A stretch of 64,000 nucleotides of DNA from a virus (taxonomy: Duplodnaviria; Caudoviricetes), in IMG/VR virus record IMGVR_UViG_3300033120_000925, positions 8,723 through 72,722 of that record; one strand, given 5' to 3'. The notes below the pieces were generated by a model. That model did not search any database. It was not told where the DNA came from and worked only from the letters and a program-made list of their open reading frames with translations. The stretch's first letter is position 1; each line of letters opens with the position of its first letter. Shown piece after piece: positions 29,962 through 39,464 of the stretch. Made by a program: the position numbers and the translations under genes.

Positions 29962-30642
29962 TTACTGCGTAATGAGTAGATAACCGGCTCCAACAATTAC
30001 GGCTCCAGCGGCAACCTGCCAGAATGTTTTTTTGTTTTTCTCTTTGCGTAGCGACTTTTCGGCGTTGTCGATGATTTTTTCCTGCGTAAAAACCGCTTTA
30101 TGCAGGTCGATATTCGCTTCGGTGATGTTTTCTATAATCGTGTCTTTAACTATCCCTTTTTTTTCCTCAAGTTGTAGTTGTACCTTAAATAATTTTACTT
30201 CATGGAAACAACCGTCTTTTTCGATTAACTCCACAATATTCTTTTTGGCGATGGTGTCCGATAGTGAAACTCCATATTGTGTGATTGTAACGGGCAATTT
30301 GTAGCGTTCCTGATAGTAATTCGCAATTTGCTTGGTAGTTAGTGCAGGAACTTTTTTAATGGCTGTATCGGTCTTTTTTTGGATGTAGACGATTTCGGTT
30401 TTCACCTTTTGCTTTTGGTTTTCCAACTGCACGATTTTGTCGTTTAGCTCGTTTACTTTGTCGGCGTATTTGTCGGCGCTTGCCACAAGTTCTTTGGCTT
30501 CTAATTTCAGATTGCGATTTGCGATTTGCAATTCCTCGCTTCCGTTGCAGGACCTAAAAAGAAAAAAACTCAAAATAATAATTAAAAGGTATTGTCCGTA
30601 ATCCGAAACCAAGGATTTTAATATTGATAGGTCTGTTTTCAT
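29962..30642 (-). CDS. membrane-anchored coiled-coil lysis accessory (spanin-like)
   Basis: N-terminal TM with FRSC, long coiled coil, C-terminal hydrophobic segment; next to the endolysin. Confidence 0.5.
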   Translation of the reverse strand: MKTDLSILKSLVSDYGQYLLIIILSFFLFRSCNGSEELQIANRNLKLEAKELVASADKYADKVNELNDKIVQLENQKQKVKTEIVYIQKKTDTAIKKVPALTTKQIANYYQERYKLPVTITQYGVSLSDTIAKKNIVELIEKDGCFHEVKLFKVQLQLEEKKGIVKDTIIENITEANIDLHKAVFTQEKIIDNAEKSLRKEKNKKTFWQVAAGAVIVGAGYLLITQ

Positions 30643-31190
30643 TTGATTAGATTTTCGTAGTGAATAATAATGTCGGCGTGTTTTGACGCTAATTCTACTT
30701 TATTCGTTTGGTAGGCTTTCAAGTCGCCGGCGTTTGATATAAAACACAATTCAACCAAAGCAACCGTTCCATTTTCACGCATTAGTCCAAGACTTCCACG
30801 GTGGCTGTCGGCCTCTGTTTTTACTCCACGGTTTTTAATTCCAATGTATTTGGATGTGGAGTCAACCAATTCTTTGGCAAACGCCTTGTCCAGCCTGTCG
30901 GCATCGTTGCCTATCAAAGATGTTGCGCCGGTGGCTGTAGGATTTTCCGATGCGTCGAAGTGATATTCCACAACAACGGAACCATTTCCGGTTTGAATTC
31001 GTTTTAAATAATCCCCCAATCGTTCGTCGTCGTTGTCAGTAATTACTTTTATGTTTTTTTTCTTTAATTCAGCGACAACCAAGTTTCGAAACTCCACGGC
31101 CAAGTCGGCTTCGTGATAACCGTTTCCAACTGCTCCTGGATCTACTTTAATTCCTTTTGGGTTATGACCCGCGCTTACGAATATTGCCAT
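30639..31190 (-). CDS. N-acetylmuramoyl-L-alanine amidase endolysin (Amidase_3 type)
   Basis: IFVSAGH, HEADL, VEYHFDA, ALVELCFISN zinc-amidase motifs. Confidence 0.9.
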   Translation of the reverse strand: MAIFVSAGHNPKGIKVDPGAVGNGYHEADLAVEFRNLVVAELKKKNIKVITDNDDERLGDYLKRIQTGNGSVVVEYHFDASENPTATGATSLIGNDADRLDKAFAKELVDSTSKYIGIKNRGVKTEADSHRGSLGLMRENGTVALVELCFISNAGDLKAYQTNKVELASKHADIIIHYENLIK

Positions 31191-31192
31191 AA

Positions 31193-31627
31193 TTACTTTT
31201 GGTTTTTTTCTACAATTTTTAATTTTTTCAAAACAGCATCGTACTTTGCATTTAGAATTTCGTATTTCTCGCTCAATTCCCTGTATAGTTTTTCCCAGTT
31301 TTGAGATACTTCAACTTCTTTTGCATACGAAATATTCATCGTGTTGAACTGTTCTTGTAGGGTAGATATTTTTTTGTCGCTCTTGTCCATTTCAGTCCTG
31401 AAATATTCTTTATCTACAATTCTTTCAGATTTCAATTGAGCATTTTCCGCTTTCAAAAACTCCCTGTCTTTTTTTAAATCATCAACGAGATTGTCGTATA
31501 TGCCTTGAACTTTAGCCGTAAACTCGGCATTGTTGTTTTTTCGACCATAGAAAATCCAACCTAATAACCCAGTTGCACTACCTCCGCCCAATAAAACTCC
31601 CCAGTTTGATGAAATAAAATCAACCAT
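31193..31627 (-). CDS. holin-like membrane protein with coiled coil
   Basis: N-terminal TM (WGVLLGGGSATGLLGWIFY), lysis block. Confidence 0.5.
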   Translation of the reverse strand: MVDFISSNWGVLLGGGSATGLLGWIFYGRKNNNAEFTAKVQGIYDNLVDDLKKDREFLKAENAQLKSERIVDKEYFRTEMDKSDKKISTLQEQFNTMNISYAKEVEVSQNWEKLYRELSEKYEILNAKYDAVLKKLKIVEKNQK

Positions 31628-31630
31628 AAT

Positions 31631-31855
31631 CTATACTTCTTTACTTTTTTTACCAATAAATTCTTGTAACTTGTTTATCAGGAAATCAGGCGAGAATATC
31701 AACAAAATCCCCACAGCCAATAAAATTGACATTATCACATAATCTGGAGCCACTCCATTAATTAACGATAACCCCACATAAGCCAATCCCGACACAAAAA
31801 GAATAATTCCTATCAGCGTCGATTTCCATCCTTTGTAAATGTTTTTTATGCTCAT
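31631..31855 (-). CDS. putative holin
   Basis: 74 aa, two TM segments, basic C-terminus, upstream of the endolysin. Confidence 0.6.
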   Translation of the reverse strand: MSIKNIYKGWKSTLIGIILFVSGLAYVGLSLINGVAPDYVIMSILLAVGILLIFSPDFLINKLQEFIGKKSKEV

Positions 31856-31930
31856 AATTAGTGTTTTTATGTTTTAAAGGCGGCCTCGTTCTCTCCAACC
31901 AGCATTTCGTATTTATGCACCCGCCTTTTT

Positions 31931-32254
31931 TTATTTATCTATTGATTTAAAGCAATGGTTTTTATCCAATTTATTCAAAACAGAAACCAAATTCTTTCCT
32001 GTTTTTGTAAGCGTTTTGTCGCGCTCGTTTTTTCCTAAAACTCCGGAAATAGTTTCATTAATATCTCCGAATTTATGTCCTGATTCCAATATCAAAGTTT
32101 TATTTAAAAGCGTTCGATACTCCCGATTTCCAAACTTGTCCAAGTTGATTGCAGAACTCTTGAAATAACCTGATTTGTTTTTGACCACGCAATAATTAAT
32201 AAGACTCAAAGGCAAAAACAAAACGTATGCTATGATGAATAATAAGAACCCCAT
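31931..32254 (-). CDS. conserved phage membrane protein
   Basis: TM N-terminus, FGDINETISGVLGKN...LDKNHC; start coupled to the upstream TAA. Confidence 0.6.
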   Translation of the reverse strand: MGFLLFIIAYVLFLPLSLINYCVVKNKSGYFKSSAINLDKFGNREYRTLLNKTLILESGHKFGDINETISGVLGKNERDKTLTKTGKNLVSVLNKLDKNHCFKSIDK

Positions 32255-32616
32255 TATACCGTAAACTCCCAATCACTTGGATTTAAACCCCTGATTGTTT
32301 TTCCGTTTGGTAATAAATTAGATTGCGTGTCAAGCATTAAAGCCAACTTCACTTTTAACCATTCTTTTTCCGATTTTGTCATTCCTGTAAAATCATTAGT
32401 AGATTCTAAATAAGCGTCTAATTGGTTTATCTTTTCGTTATCGTAAAACACTTCTTTAGATGAAATCGCTTCGGGTGGCGATAGCGTAATATCCCAATCG
32501 ATAACTAAATAATTGATACCTTCTTTTTTCATTTCAAGAGGCCTAACTTCTACCATAACTTTACCTTGTTTATCGCTTCGATTACCGTATGCAATAATGT
32601 TTTTTGTTTGTATCAT
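32254..32616 (-). CDS. hypothetical protein, possible fibre chaperone
   Basis: Directly after the tail fibre gene. Confidence 0.5.
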   Translation of the reverse strand: MIQTKNIIAYGNRSDKQGKVMVEVRPLEMKKEGINYLVIDWDITLSPPEAISSKEVFYDNEKINQLDAYLESTNDFTGMTKSEKEWLKVKLALMLDTQSNLLPNGKTIRGLNPSDWEFTV

Positions 32617-32626
32617 TTTTTTATAT

Positions 32627-35600
32627 TTAATTAGCAACCCAATTTGTGCCATTATAAAATACAGGAGTTATAACTGCACCACCACCTACTATTGTAGTCA
32701 TATATGTTGGCGATAACGCATCACTTACGACTGCAGTTTCTCCTGTTGTAGCAGTTGGTAAAGTAGCAACTGTGTATATTTTTAATTTTACTGGCGCAAA
32801 AAATTCTGAAACTCCTAATTCATTAATTTCCATTCTCACAGTTTCAGTTTGCATATCTGTTCCTGATGTAGTTTTTGCACCTGTAATAAGTTGAATTTTC
32901 GAACCTCCAGTTCCTTTTCCTGTTCCAGATTTTAACTTTAAAACCCCACCATTTAAATTTGCAGTCCCTAATGCATTATTATTTTGGATATAAATGTCTC
33001 CCCCGTTAACATTTGCGTACACATTCCCATTAGGAGCTGCAGCCATTCCATTCCAGTATTTTGTTCCTTGCCCTAATGCTACAAAATTTCCTGTTCCAGC
33101 AGTCTGCATATAAATATCGCCTCCACTTACGAAGGCATGTATATTCCCATTTGGCGCGGCAGTCATACCATACCAATTCCTAGCAGTTTGCCCTAATGCT
33201 ACAAAATTTCCTGTTCCGGCAGTCTGCATATAAATATCGCCTCCACTTACTAAGGCATACACATTTCCATTTGGCGCGGCAGTCATACCATACCAAGTTC
33301 TTGAAGTTTGCCCTAATGCTACAAAATTTCCTGTTCCGGCAGTCTGCATATAAATATCGCCGCTAGAAAGACAAGCATACACATTCCCATTAGGAGCTGC
33401 AGCCATTCCATTCCAACTCCTTGAGGTTTGGCTTAATGGGTTGAAATTTCCTGTTCCGGCAGTCTGCATATAAATATCGCCGCTTCCCACGCAAGCATAC
33501 ACATTTCCATTTGGCGCGGCAGTCATACCTGTCCAGTTCCTAGCAGTTTGGCTTAATGGGTTGAAATTTCCTGTTCCGGTAGTCTGCATATAAATATCGC
33601 CGCTTACGACACTAGCATATATGTTACCTGCCGAGGAAGCCGTCATACCTGCCCAAACCCTAAAAGTTTGACTTAAGGGGTTAAAATTTATATTAGGAAC
33701 ATAATTGATTGCTCGCCCAGCAACTATAGTTAAGTTACGTCCAATTACGGTATTAGCACTCTCTTCTACGCCTATTTCACTATCTACTTGATTACCTAAA
33801 GTAATATCTTTTGTTGGAGAGGCATATGTCCCAATTCCAAGATAAGTTCCTGTGTCCCACAAACGGGATGAACCCATAGTTGTCGCAGTCAGAAATTTCG
33901 GCAAATAATTAACTACCCCGCCAGTTGGAATGTTCATCTTGTTCGTGTTCACAGAAGCAATGTCCGTCAAGTCAGCAAGCGTTCCGTCCCTATTTTGTAG
34001 GGTGTAGGTTCTCGCTGCTGTATTGGAATTTGTAAAAAATGACGTAAAAGTGTTAGCCACATTACGAAGTCCAAACATTCCAGATAAAAAAGTTTTTAAT
34101 CCTGAAACAGTTTGAGTTGATGCCAATACCATATCGCCACCACCTCCAACTGCTGGATGCGTATGTGTCGTGATTTCCCCGGTAAGTTTCGCTTCAATTT
34201 CGGCTTTTGTAATGTCGCTGTTCTTTTGCGCGTTGTTTGGAGCCGTTGATGGCGTGAAACCCAAAGCTGCAATCACATTGGCATAAGTCAAATTCGCCAA
34301 AAATCGTGCAACTGTCCAGTATAGGTTTGTGCTTCCTTCGGGTAAGGCATCGGTTGTACTTGCTCCTGTAGCCCCACCAACTATCCAACCCGCTTCATTA
34401 TCCCAAATCCATTCTTTTGCATCAACTCCTGTTCCTGAATCTACAATAGCGTAATCGCCATCTGTAGCTGTAGGATGTGCCGTGGTCAATGCGCCTGAAC
34501 TAGTGTATTTTCCTTTAAAATGTTGGTTGTATGAGGATGCGTCGAGTTTTGAGTCTAAAGCCGTTTGTTGCGCTGTAGAAATAGGCTTGTTGATGTCGGA
34601 GGTGTTGTCTACGTTTCCTAATCCTACTTGTGTTTTGGTTTGGTTGGCAGGCGTAATGGTAATTTCTTTACCTACTGCGCTTACGACTGCTCCATTTCCT
34701 CCTTTTAAAGTAAATGTATCGTCTTTTATCGTAGCATTGGCTATTCCGCTATCGGTAACAATACTGGTAATCGCTTTTTGGGTTGGAGACACAACTGAAC
34801 TTCCTTTTACCAAAACTACGTTGTCAATACTAAATCCTGCATTTGCCCAAGGGAATACTATTTTAATCGTGTCAAAACTAACTCCAGTGAATGTAAAAGA
34901 AGAAAAATCTACAACTAAAGATTGGTATGATCCAAAACTGCCAAACTTGTAATTATTGAGTCCTGTTTTTATTACATAACTTCCTATAGTATTCGAGCCG
35001 TTTAAAAAGTAAACATTGATTCCATGTGTTTTACCGTAATTTTCAACAAAAAACAAGTCGAATTTTAGCGTGTTAAAGTCGGATATGCTTTTGGTGGTGG
35101 ATGATACAAATTGCGTAAACATTCCTGAAGATGGATTCACGATGTCTGCATTTTTAACTCCTTTTGATGGTCTATTGGTCGCGTTAAAATTTACTAATCC
35201 GCCAAGAGAAGATGTCGCCCATTCCGTATTCTCGTTATAAACCTGCTCAATGGATGAATCTACAGGGGTTGTGGATAAAGCCGTAACTAATTCAGAAGTA
35301 ACAAATAATTCTATCCCTTCATCTATGGTAGGAATTAAAGGATTCAACGCAGGGATTCCTGTGGCTTTTTGCGCCCCTAAAGCATTTACATAAATAACGT
35401 CAAACCTCGGATAAGTAGCGTCTGATGCGTTTAGTGTAATTTGCTGTGTTGCCCCTGGATACAAAACTCCCTGAATGTAGTAATCAGGATAAATTACGTC
35501 ATAAACATATCCTACTCCTGTCCATACAGCGAAAGCCTGTCCTGTAAAATTAGTGTTAAGGTCCTGCAAGTTCTCCAAAACCAAAATCCTGTCGTCTATG

Positions 35601-36181
35601 TCTTTGGCCGTTCCTGTATATCCGTCTTTGTCTAGTTTTAGCGGATCCGATGTTCCTGCCGATGTCGCTTTTAATTCAAAGTCAAAAAAGTAAACATTTA
35701 GGTTTTCCAACAAAGGCAAAAACTCGTTTTCCTTAAAAACTGTTATGTTAAGAATAAAATAATCCGGAAAATCTTCGATGCTCGCAATGTCGAAATAAAC
35801 CGCATTGTTTTGGTTGTTCGAGTTTCGTAGTTTCAAATAGAAATCCGTGGCGTTGGCCTGAAGAAACAAATAAAGTTCCTGCAAATTATCCCCTGAATTA
35901 TTAAACTTATTTATGTATAACTTAGTTAATGATGGCGTACTTAACTCATTTTCGTCAGACAAAAATCGTCCCTCAAGTAAAACTTCAGTACTTAAATAAG
36001 GAGAAGTACTGAATACGTAATTTAATATTGGGGTTCCGTTTAGCTTATTCACCAAACCCGCCACCTCTTCAAATCCAAAATTTACGGTTTTGTTGAAATC
36101 CTCACTATCTGTACCTACAAAATAGTCGGATGAAATAGGTTTTTTCTTCGGGTAGGCAGTCTTTGAGGATATTTTTGTCAT
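32627..36181 (-). CDS. tail fibre/receptor-binding protein with C-terminal repeat beta-propeller
   Basis: 1184 aa; fibre-like G/S/T-rich modules; six 40-aa repeats (NFxxLxQTxRxWxGMxAAPNGNVYA...GDIYMQT). Confidence 0.85.
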   Translation of the reverse strand: MTKISSKTAYPKKKPISSDYFVGTDSEDFNKTVNFGFEEVAGLVNKLNGTPILNYVFSTSPYLSTEVLLEGRFLSDENELSTPSLTKLYINKFNNSGDNLQELYLFLQANATDFYLKLRNSNNQNNAVYFDIASIEDFPDYFILNITVFKENEFLPLLENLNVYFFDFELKATSAGTSDPLKLDKDGYTGTAKDIDDRILVLENLQDLNTNFTGQAFAVWTGVGYVYDVIYPDYYIQGVLYPGATQQITLNASDATYPRFDVIYVNALGAQKATGIPALNPLIPTIDEGIELFVTSELVTALSTTPVDSSIEQVYNENTEWATSSLGGLVNFNATNRPSKGVKNADIVNPSSGMFTQFVSSTTKSISDFNTLKFDLFFVENYGKTHGINVYFLNGSNTIGSYVIKTGLNNYKFGSFGSYQSLVVDFSSFTFTGVSFDTIKIVFPWANAGFSIDNVVLVKGSSVVSPTQKAITSIVTDSGIANATIKDDTFTLKGGNGAVVSAVGKEITITPANQTKTQVGLGNVDNTSDINKPISTAQQTALDSKLDASSYNQHFKGKYTSSGALTTAHPTATDGDYAIVDSGTGVDAKEWIWDNEAGWIVGGATGASTTDALPEGSTNLYWTVARFLANLTYANVIAALGFTPSTAPNNAQKNSDITKAEIEAKLTGEITTHTHPAVGGGGDMVLASTQTVSGLKTFLSGMFGLRNVANTFTSFFTNSNTAARTYTLQNRDGTLADLTDIASVNTNKMNIPTGGVVNYLPKFLTATTMGSSRLWDTGTYLGIGTYASPTKDITLGNQVDSEIGVEESANTVIGRNLTIVAGRAINYVPNINFNPLSQTFRVWAGMTASSAGNIYASVVSGDIYMQTTGTGNFNPLSQTARNWTGMTAAPNGNVYACVGSGDIYMQTAGTGNFNPLSQTSRSWNGMAAAPNGNVYACLSSGDIYMQTAGTGNFVALGQTSRTWYGMTAAPNGNVYALVSGGDIYMQTAGTGNFVALGQTARNWYGMTAAPNGNIHAFVSGGDIYMQTAGTGNFVALGQGTKYWNGMAAAPNGNVYANVNGGDIYIQNNNALGTANLNGGVLKLKSGTGKGTGGSKIQLITGAKTTSGTDMQTETVRMEINELGVSEFFAPVKLKIYTVATLPTATTGETAVVSDALSPTYMTTIVGGGAVITPVFYNGTNWVAN
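32985..33690 (-). repeat. six tandem 120-bp coding repeats
   Basis: GTCTGCATATAAATATCGC recurs at 33102, 33222, 33342, 33462 and 33582. Confidence 0.95.
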
Positions 36182-36203
36182 CGGTATAATTGCTTAATCT
36201 TGA

Positions 36204-36245
36204 CAAAGATATAAATTAAAAGACCACAAACGTTTGTTGTCGTTT
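36204..36245 (-). promoter_or_regulatory. late-type promoter for the tail fibre/lysis operon
   Basis: CAAAGATA 36204-36211, 15 bp, then CAAACGTTTGTTGTCGTTT. Confidence 0.7.
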
Positions 36246-36264
36246 AAAAAAATGCGTAAATTTG
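36233..36264 (+). promoter_or_regulatory. host-type promoter for groEL
   Basis: TTTG 36233-36236, N20, TAAATTTG 36257-36264. Confidence 0.65.
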
Positions 36265-36299
36265 TGCCTGAAACTTTAATTAACTTAAATCAAATAACT

Positions 36300-37847
36300 A
36301 TGTCGCAACGAATCGTCAAGAATTTGACCAATGGCACTATCGCCAAAGAAAAACAACTAAACGCTATTAATAAAGTAGCAGATGCAGTAGGTTCAACATT
36401 AGGCTACCGAGGGCGAACCGTTATAATCGAAACTGATTTCGGCCTGCCGCAAGTCACAAAAGACGGTAGAGATGTGCTGCAAGCAATTTTCCTTGAAGAC
36501 CCCGTAGAAGCGGCGGCTTGCGAATTACTAAAAGAGGCAGCCGAAAAAACATACAAAGAAGCGGGAGATTCTACAACTGCCACGGTAGTATTAGCACAGG
36601 CTTTTATTCAAAACTCCATAAAAGCATTAAACGAAGGTAAAAGTTCTATTGATATTAAGCGCGAAACCGAAAATTCAGTCGCCAAAATAGTCGAATATCT
36701 AAAAAGCATTTCCATAGACATTACGGATGAATTAATTTACGATGTGGCTAAAACTTCTGCAAACGGCGACGAAGAAATCGCCAAGATAATCCAAAAAGCA
36801 TTCGTGGATGCAGGACAGTACGGCGACGTCTCCTACGAACGAAGCAACAACGACGATACTTTTGTAGAATACAATGAAGGTACATTGGTCGAAAGCGGAT
36901 TCAAGGACGAAGGATTTATCAATAAAGTCGATAGTCAATCGGTGATTTTTGACAACAATCCTTTAGTGTTATGCTCCCTGAACAACTTCCAAACCCTGAA
37001 AGAAATCAAACATTTTATGGAGTATGCCGTCGCCAACGAAAGACCATTGGTAATTATCTCTGAAATGGAGTACGACCTACTAAACTCCATACTCATAAAT
37101 GCTAGAAAAGGATTTCAATTTGCAGTAGTTTCCCCGCCAAGCCACGGCAAGAAGCAAAAAGACACAATGAATGACTTAGCCTTGATTTTAGGTTGTGATG
37201 TAGTATCGGGATTATCTGGACACATCTTCGAAGGAAAAGAAGAATTATACTTGGGAACCTGCTCAAAAATCGTAATCACAAGAAACAACACTCGTATTAT
37301 CCCAAGTTTAATGGTAGATATCGAACCCGTAAAAGGAAAAGTTTCTGAATTAGTAGGATTGCTCAAAACCGACATTGGAGAATCTGAAAAAAAATATCTT
37401 GAAAACAGAATTTCAAAATTATCAGGCGGAGTTTCCGTGATAAAAGTAGGAGGGATTACCCCAAACGAAGTCGAGGAAAAACTAGCAAGGGTAGATGATG
37501 CTGTTTGCGCCGTTCGTTCCGCAAAGGAAGAAGGAGTTGTTGCGGGAGGAGGAATTGCCTTGTTAAGCGCAGGGGGTAATTTGGATTTAGACGAAATCAC
37601 AAGCAAATCTATTCAAGCGCCATTCAAGAAAATCATCAAAAATGCCAATTGCAAAGAACTTATAGAAATCGCAGATTACCCTAATGGATATGACGTAAAG
37701 TCCTATGAAGAAGTAAATATGTTCGATGCCGGAATTGTAAATGCTACAAAAGCAGAACGCAATGCTCTTGTAAATGCCGTTTCCGCCTCAAACAACCTAC
37801 TTGGATCAGATTATGTAATAACCCTAAAACGTATTGGAGATGAGTAA
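36300..37847 (+). CDS. groL: phage GroEL-like chaperonin
   Basis: STLGYRGRTV, VTKDG, AGDSTTATVVLAQA, KTSANGD, RISKLSGGVSVIKVGG, RVDDAVCAVRSA; start MSQRIV placed after the promoter. Confidence 0.95.
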   Translation: MSQRIVKNLTNGTIAKEKQLNAINKVADAVGSTLGYRGRTVIIETDFGLPQVTKDGRDVLQAIFLEDPVEAAACELLKEAAEKTYKEAGDSTTATVVLAQAFIQNSIKALNEGKSSIDIKRETENSVAKIVEYLKSISIDITDELIYDVAKTSANGDEEIAKIIQKAFVDAGQYGDVSYERSNNDDTFVEYNEGTLVESGFKDEGFINKVDSQSVIFDNNPLVLCSLNNFQTLKEIKHFMEYAVANERPLVIISEMEYDLLNSILINARKGFQFAVVSPPSHGKKQKDTMNDLALILGCDVVSGLSGHIFEGKEELYLGTCSKIVITRNNTRIIPSLMVDIEPVKGKVSELVGLLKTDIGESEKKYLENRISKLSGGVSVIKVGGITPNEVEEKLARVDDAVCAVRSAKEEGVVAGGGIALLSAGGNLDLDEITSKSIQAPFKKIIKNANCKELIEIADYPNGYDVKSYEEVNMFDAGIVNATKAERNALVNAVSASNNLLGSDYVITLKRIGDE

Positions 37848-38133
37848 TTTCAAAGGACAAGCCCTAAACTATAATGTAGTAATAAAAGAAGTAGAAGTAG
37901 AGAACGTTTCTACAACGGGATTGGATTTTTCCAACGAAGCCGACAAAAACGACAAGCAGAAAACAGGAATCATTGTTTCGGTTGGATTGGGATGCCCGAA
38001 ATTCGACGATGGTACTTACACCATAAATACAGGAGAAATGGTAATGTTCGATAAATACAAATCTACCTCCCTAACATTAGACGGGGAGTTTTACAAGATT
38101 GTTTATTACGCAGATATTGTAATGAAGTTTTAG
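37840..38133 (+). CDS. groS: GroES-like co-chaperonin
   Basis: TGIIVSVGLG...GEMVMFDKYKSTSLTLDGEFYKIVYYADI; overlaps the groEL stop. Confidence 0.85.
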   Translation: MSNFKGQALNYNVVIKEVEVENVSTTGLDFSNEADKNDKQKTGIIVSVGLGCPKFDDGTYTINTGEMVMFDKYKSTSLTLDGEFYKIVYYADIVMKF

Positions 38134-38150
38134 GTTAATGAGTTTCAAAG

Positions 38151-38192
38151 AAAAACCGCGACTCCTTTAATTTAGGAAGTTCGCGGTTTTTT
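38151..38192. terminator. bidirectional terminator
   Basis: AAAAACCGCGA...TCGCGGTTTTT between convergent operons. Confidence 0.85.
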
Positions 38193-38252
38193 ATTATTTA
38201 TTCTTTTCTCCCTCAATTAAGAGGTTTTCAAATTCTACTAATTCCTGCTCCA

Positions 38253-38651
38253 TTATTCTTCGTTAGGAGTTTCGGCGACAATCACTTCCGGAGCTACAAT
38301 TTCAGGCTCAACTACTTCGGGTTCGATAACCTCAATTTCTGCATTTGCTTCTTTAATTAAAGCATCTGATTCTTCCGGAGATAATGTAGATACAATACCT
38401 ACTGTTCCTTCTTCTGATAATTCGTATGGTTCTTCTACTACCTCTGATTTTCGTTGAATCTCGTTATCCGTAGCATTGTCGAAATTTACGTCCGAAAGTA
38501 CTACATACGCTTCATCTTCTACTTGAACCCAATCCGATTCGTGTATCACTAATCCATCGAAATGCTCATTTAGACTCTCTACTTTGAAGAATGTTCTTCC
38601 ACCGATGAGTTTTGTTTCAACTCCTTTTAAAATCATTTTTTCTGTGTTCAT
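38253..38651 (-). CDS. hypothetical protein with acidic C-terminal tail
   Basis: EPE-rich C-terminus. Confidence 0.65.
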   Translation of the reverse strand: MNTEKMILKGVETKLIGGRTFFKVESLNEHFDGLVIHESDWVQVEDEAYVVLSDVNFDNATDNEIQRKSEVVEEPYELSEEGTVGIVSTLSPEESDALIKEANAEIEVIEPEVVEPEIVAPEVIVAETPNEE

Positions 38652-38660
38652 AGTTTTTAT

Positions 38661-39464
38661 TTAATTTGTTAATTTTTCTTGCGGTTTGTTTCCTAACTGA
38701 ATCTCCATAATCTCATCATTCATCTCCTGAATCAACTGTTTTACTTCAGGACTTAATGGTGTGAGTGTAGGTTGTTTTATTCGTATTGGGTTCATTTTTC
38801 CAAGGGTACGATAGATATAAGTGAGTTTTGTCACAAAGGCTTTTGTTAATCGAAATAAGCCCGTTGGTTCCATTTTATCCTCGGCGTTGTACACTTTTGC
38901 CCGATGAATAATTTCTTCGATTATCCCCTCCCTAATGAGCCTACTTACCCTGTTTGAACTCGTTCCTGTTATTAATATGCACGCATTTTCAATCCGATCA
39001 CGAGTAAAAGGAATATTATCGTAGAAATAAAACCCCAACTCAATGTCGTGTTTCCGGATTCCGTACTTGGTAGAATAAAAATTAATGACTATCCCGTAGA
39101 ACTTTAAAAAGTCAAACTCCCTATCCGTAGGCTGAATAACCATAAACTTATTTTTAGTTTCTATGGAGTGCCTATCACGATTACGCTTGAAAATTCTTAA
39201 AGGGTGGTATTGGGCCAATTCTTCAATTTCATCAATCTCTTTCACCCGACGGCGACGCGTCCTTTTTTGCCATTGCTCTTTTGTTTCGTTATCTCTAACT
39301 TTCATAAACTCTGCCATCGTCCGTTTTTGATAATCCGAAAGCCCTGGTTTTATCTTCCCGAACTTTGACAAATCACCGTATTTTTTCTTAGGAGATTTTG
39401 GCTTATGACGAGGTTGCTTCTTCATACCCGGCCATTTCTTGTTTTCGTTTCGAATATTAGCCAT
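38661..39464 (-). CDS. putative winged-helix DNA-binding protein
   Basis: Basic N-terminus; SSNRVSRLIREGIIEEI...GLFRLTKAF recognition helix plus wing pattern. Confidence 0.5.
   Translation of the reverse strand: MANIRNENKKWPGMKKQPRHKPKSPKKKYGDLSKFGKIKPGLSDYQKRTMAEFMKVRDNETKEQWQKRTRRRRVKEIDEIEELAQYHPLRIFKRNRDRHSIETKNKFMVIQPTDREFDFLKFYGIVINFYSTKYGIRKHDIELGFYFYDNIPFTRDRIENACILITGTSSNRVSRLIREGIIEEIIHRAKVYNAEDKMEPTGLFRLTKAFVTKLTYIYRTLGKMNPIRIKQPTLTPLSPEVKQLIQEMNDEIMEIQLGNKPQEKLTN

Noticed and set aside
31875-31932. AAAGGCGG...CCGCCTTT as the terminator of the lysis operon
   Set aside because: ~40-nt loop and the U-tract is on the wrong strand for the minus-strand operon; left uncalled.
32985-33690. 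Diversity-generating retroelement TR/VR
   Set aside because: No reverse transcriptase in the window; differences among repeats are block swaps rather than adenine-specific changes.
36234-36299. ORF-track N-terminal extension of GroEL
   Set aside because: It overlaps the promoter; GroEL similarity begins after MSQRIV (36300).
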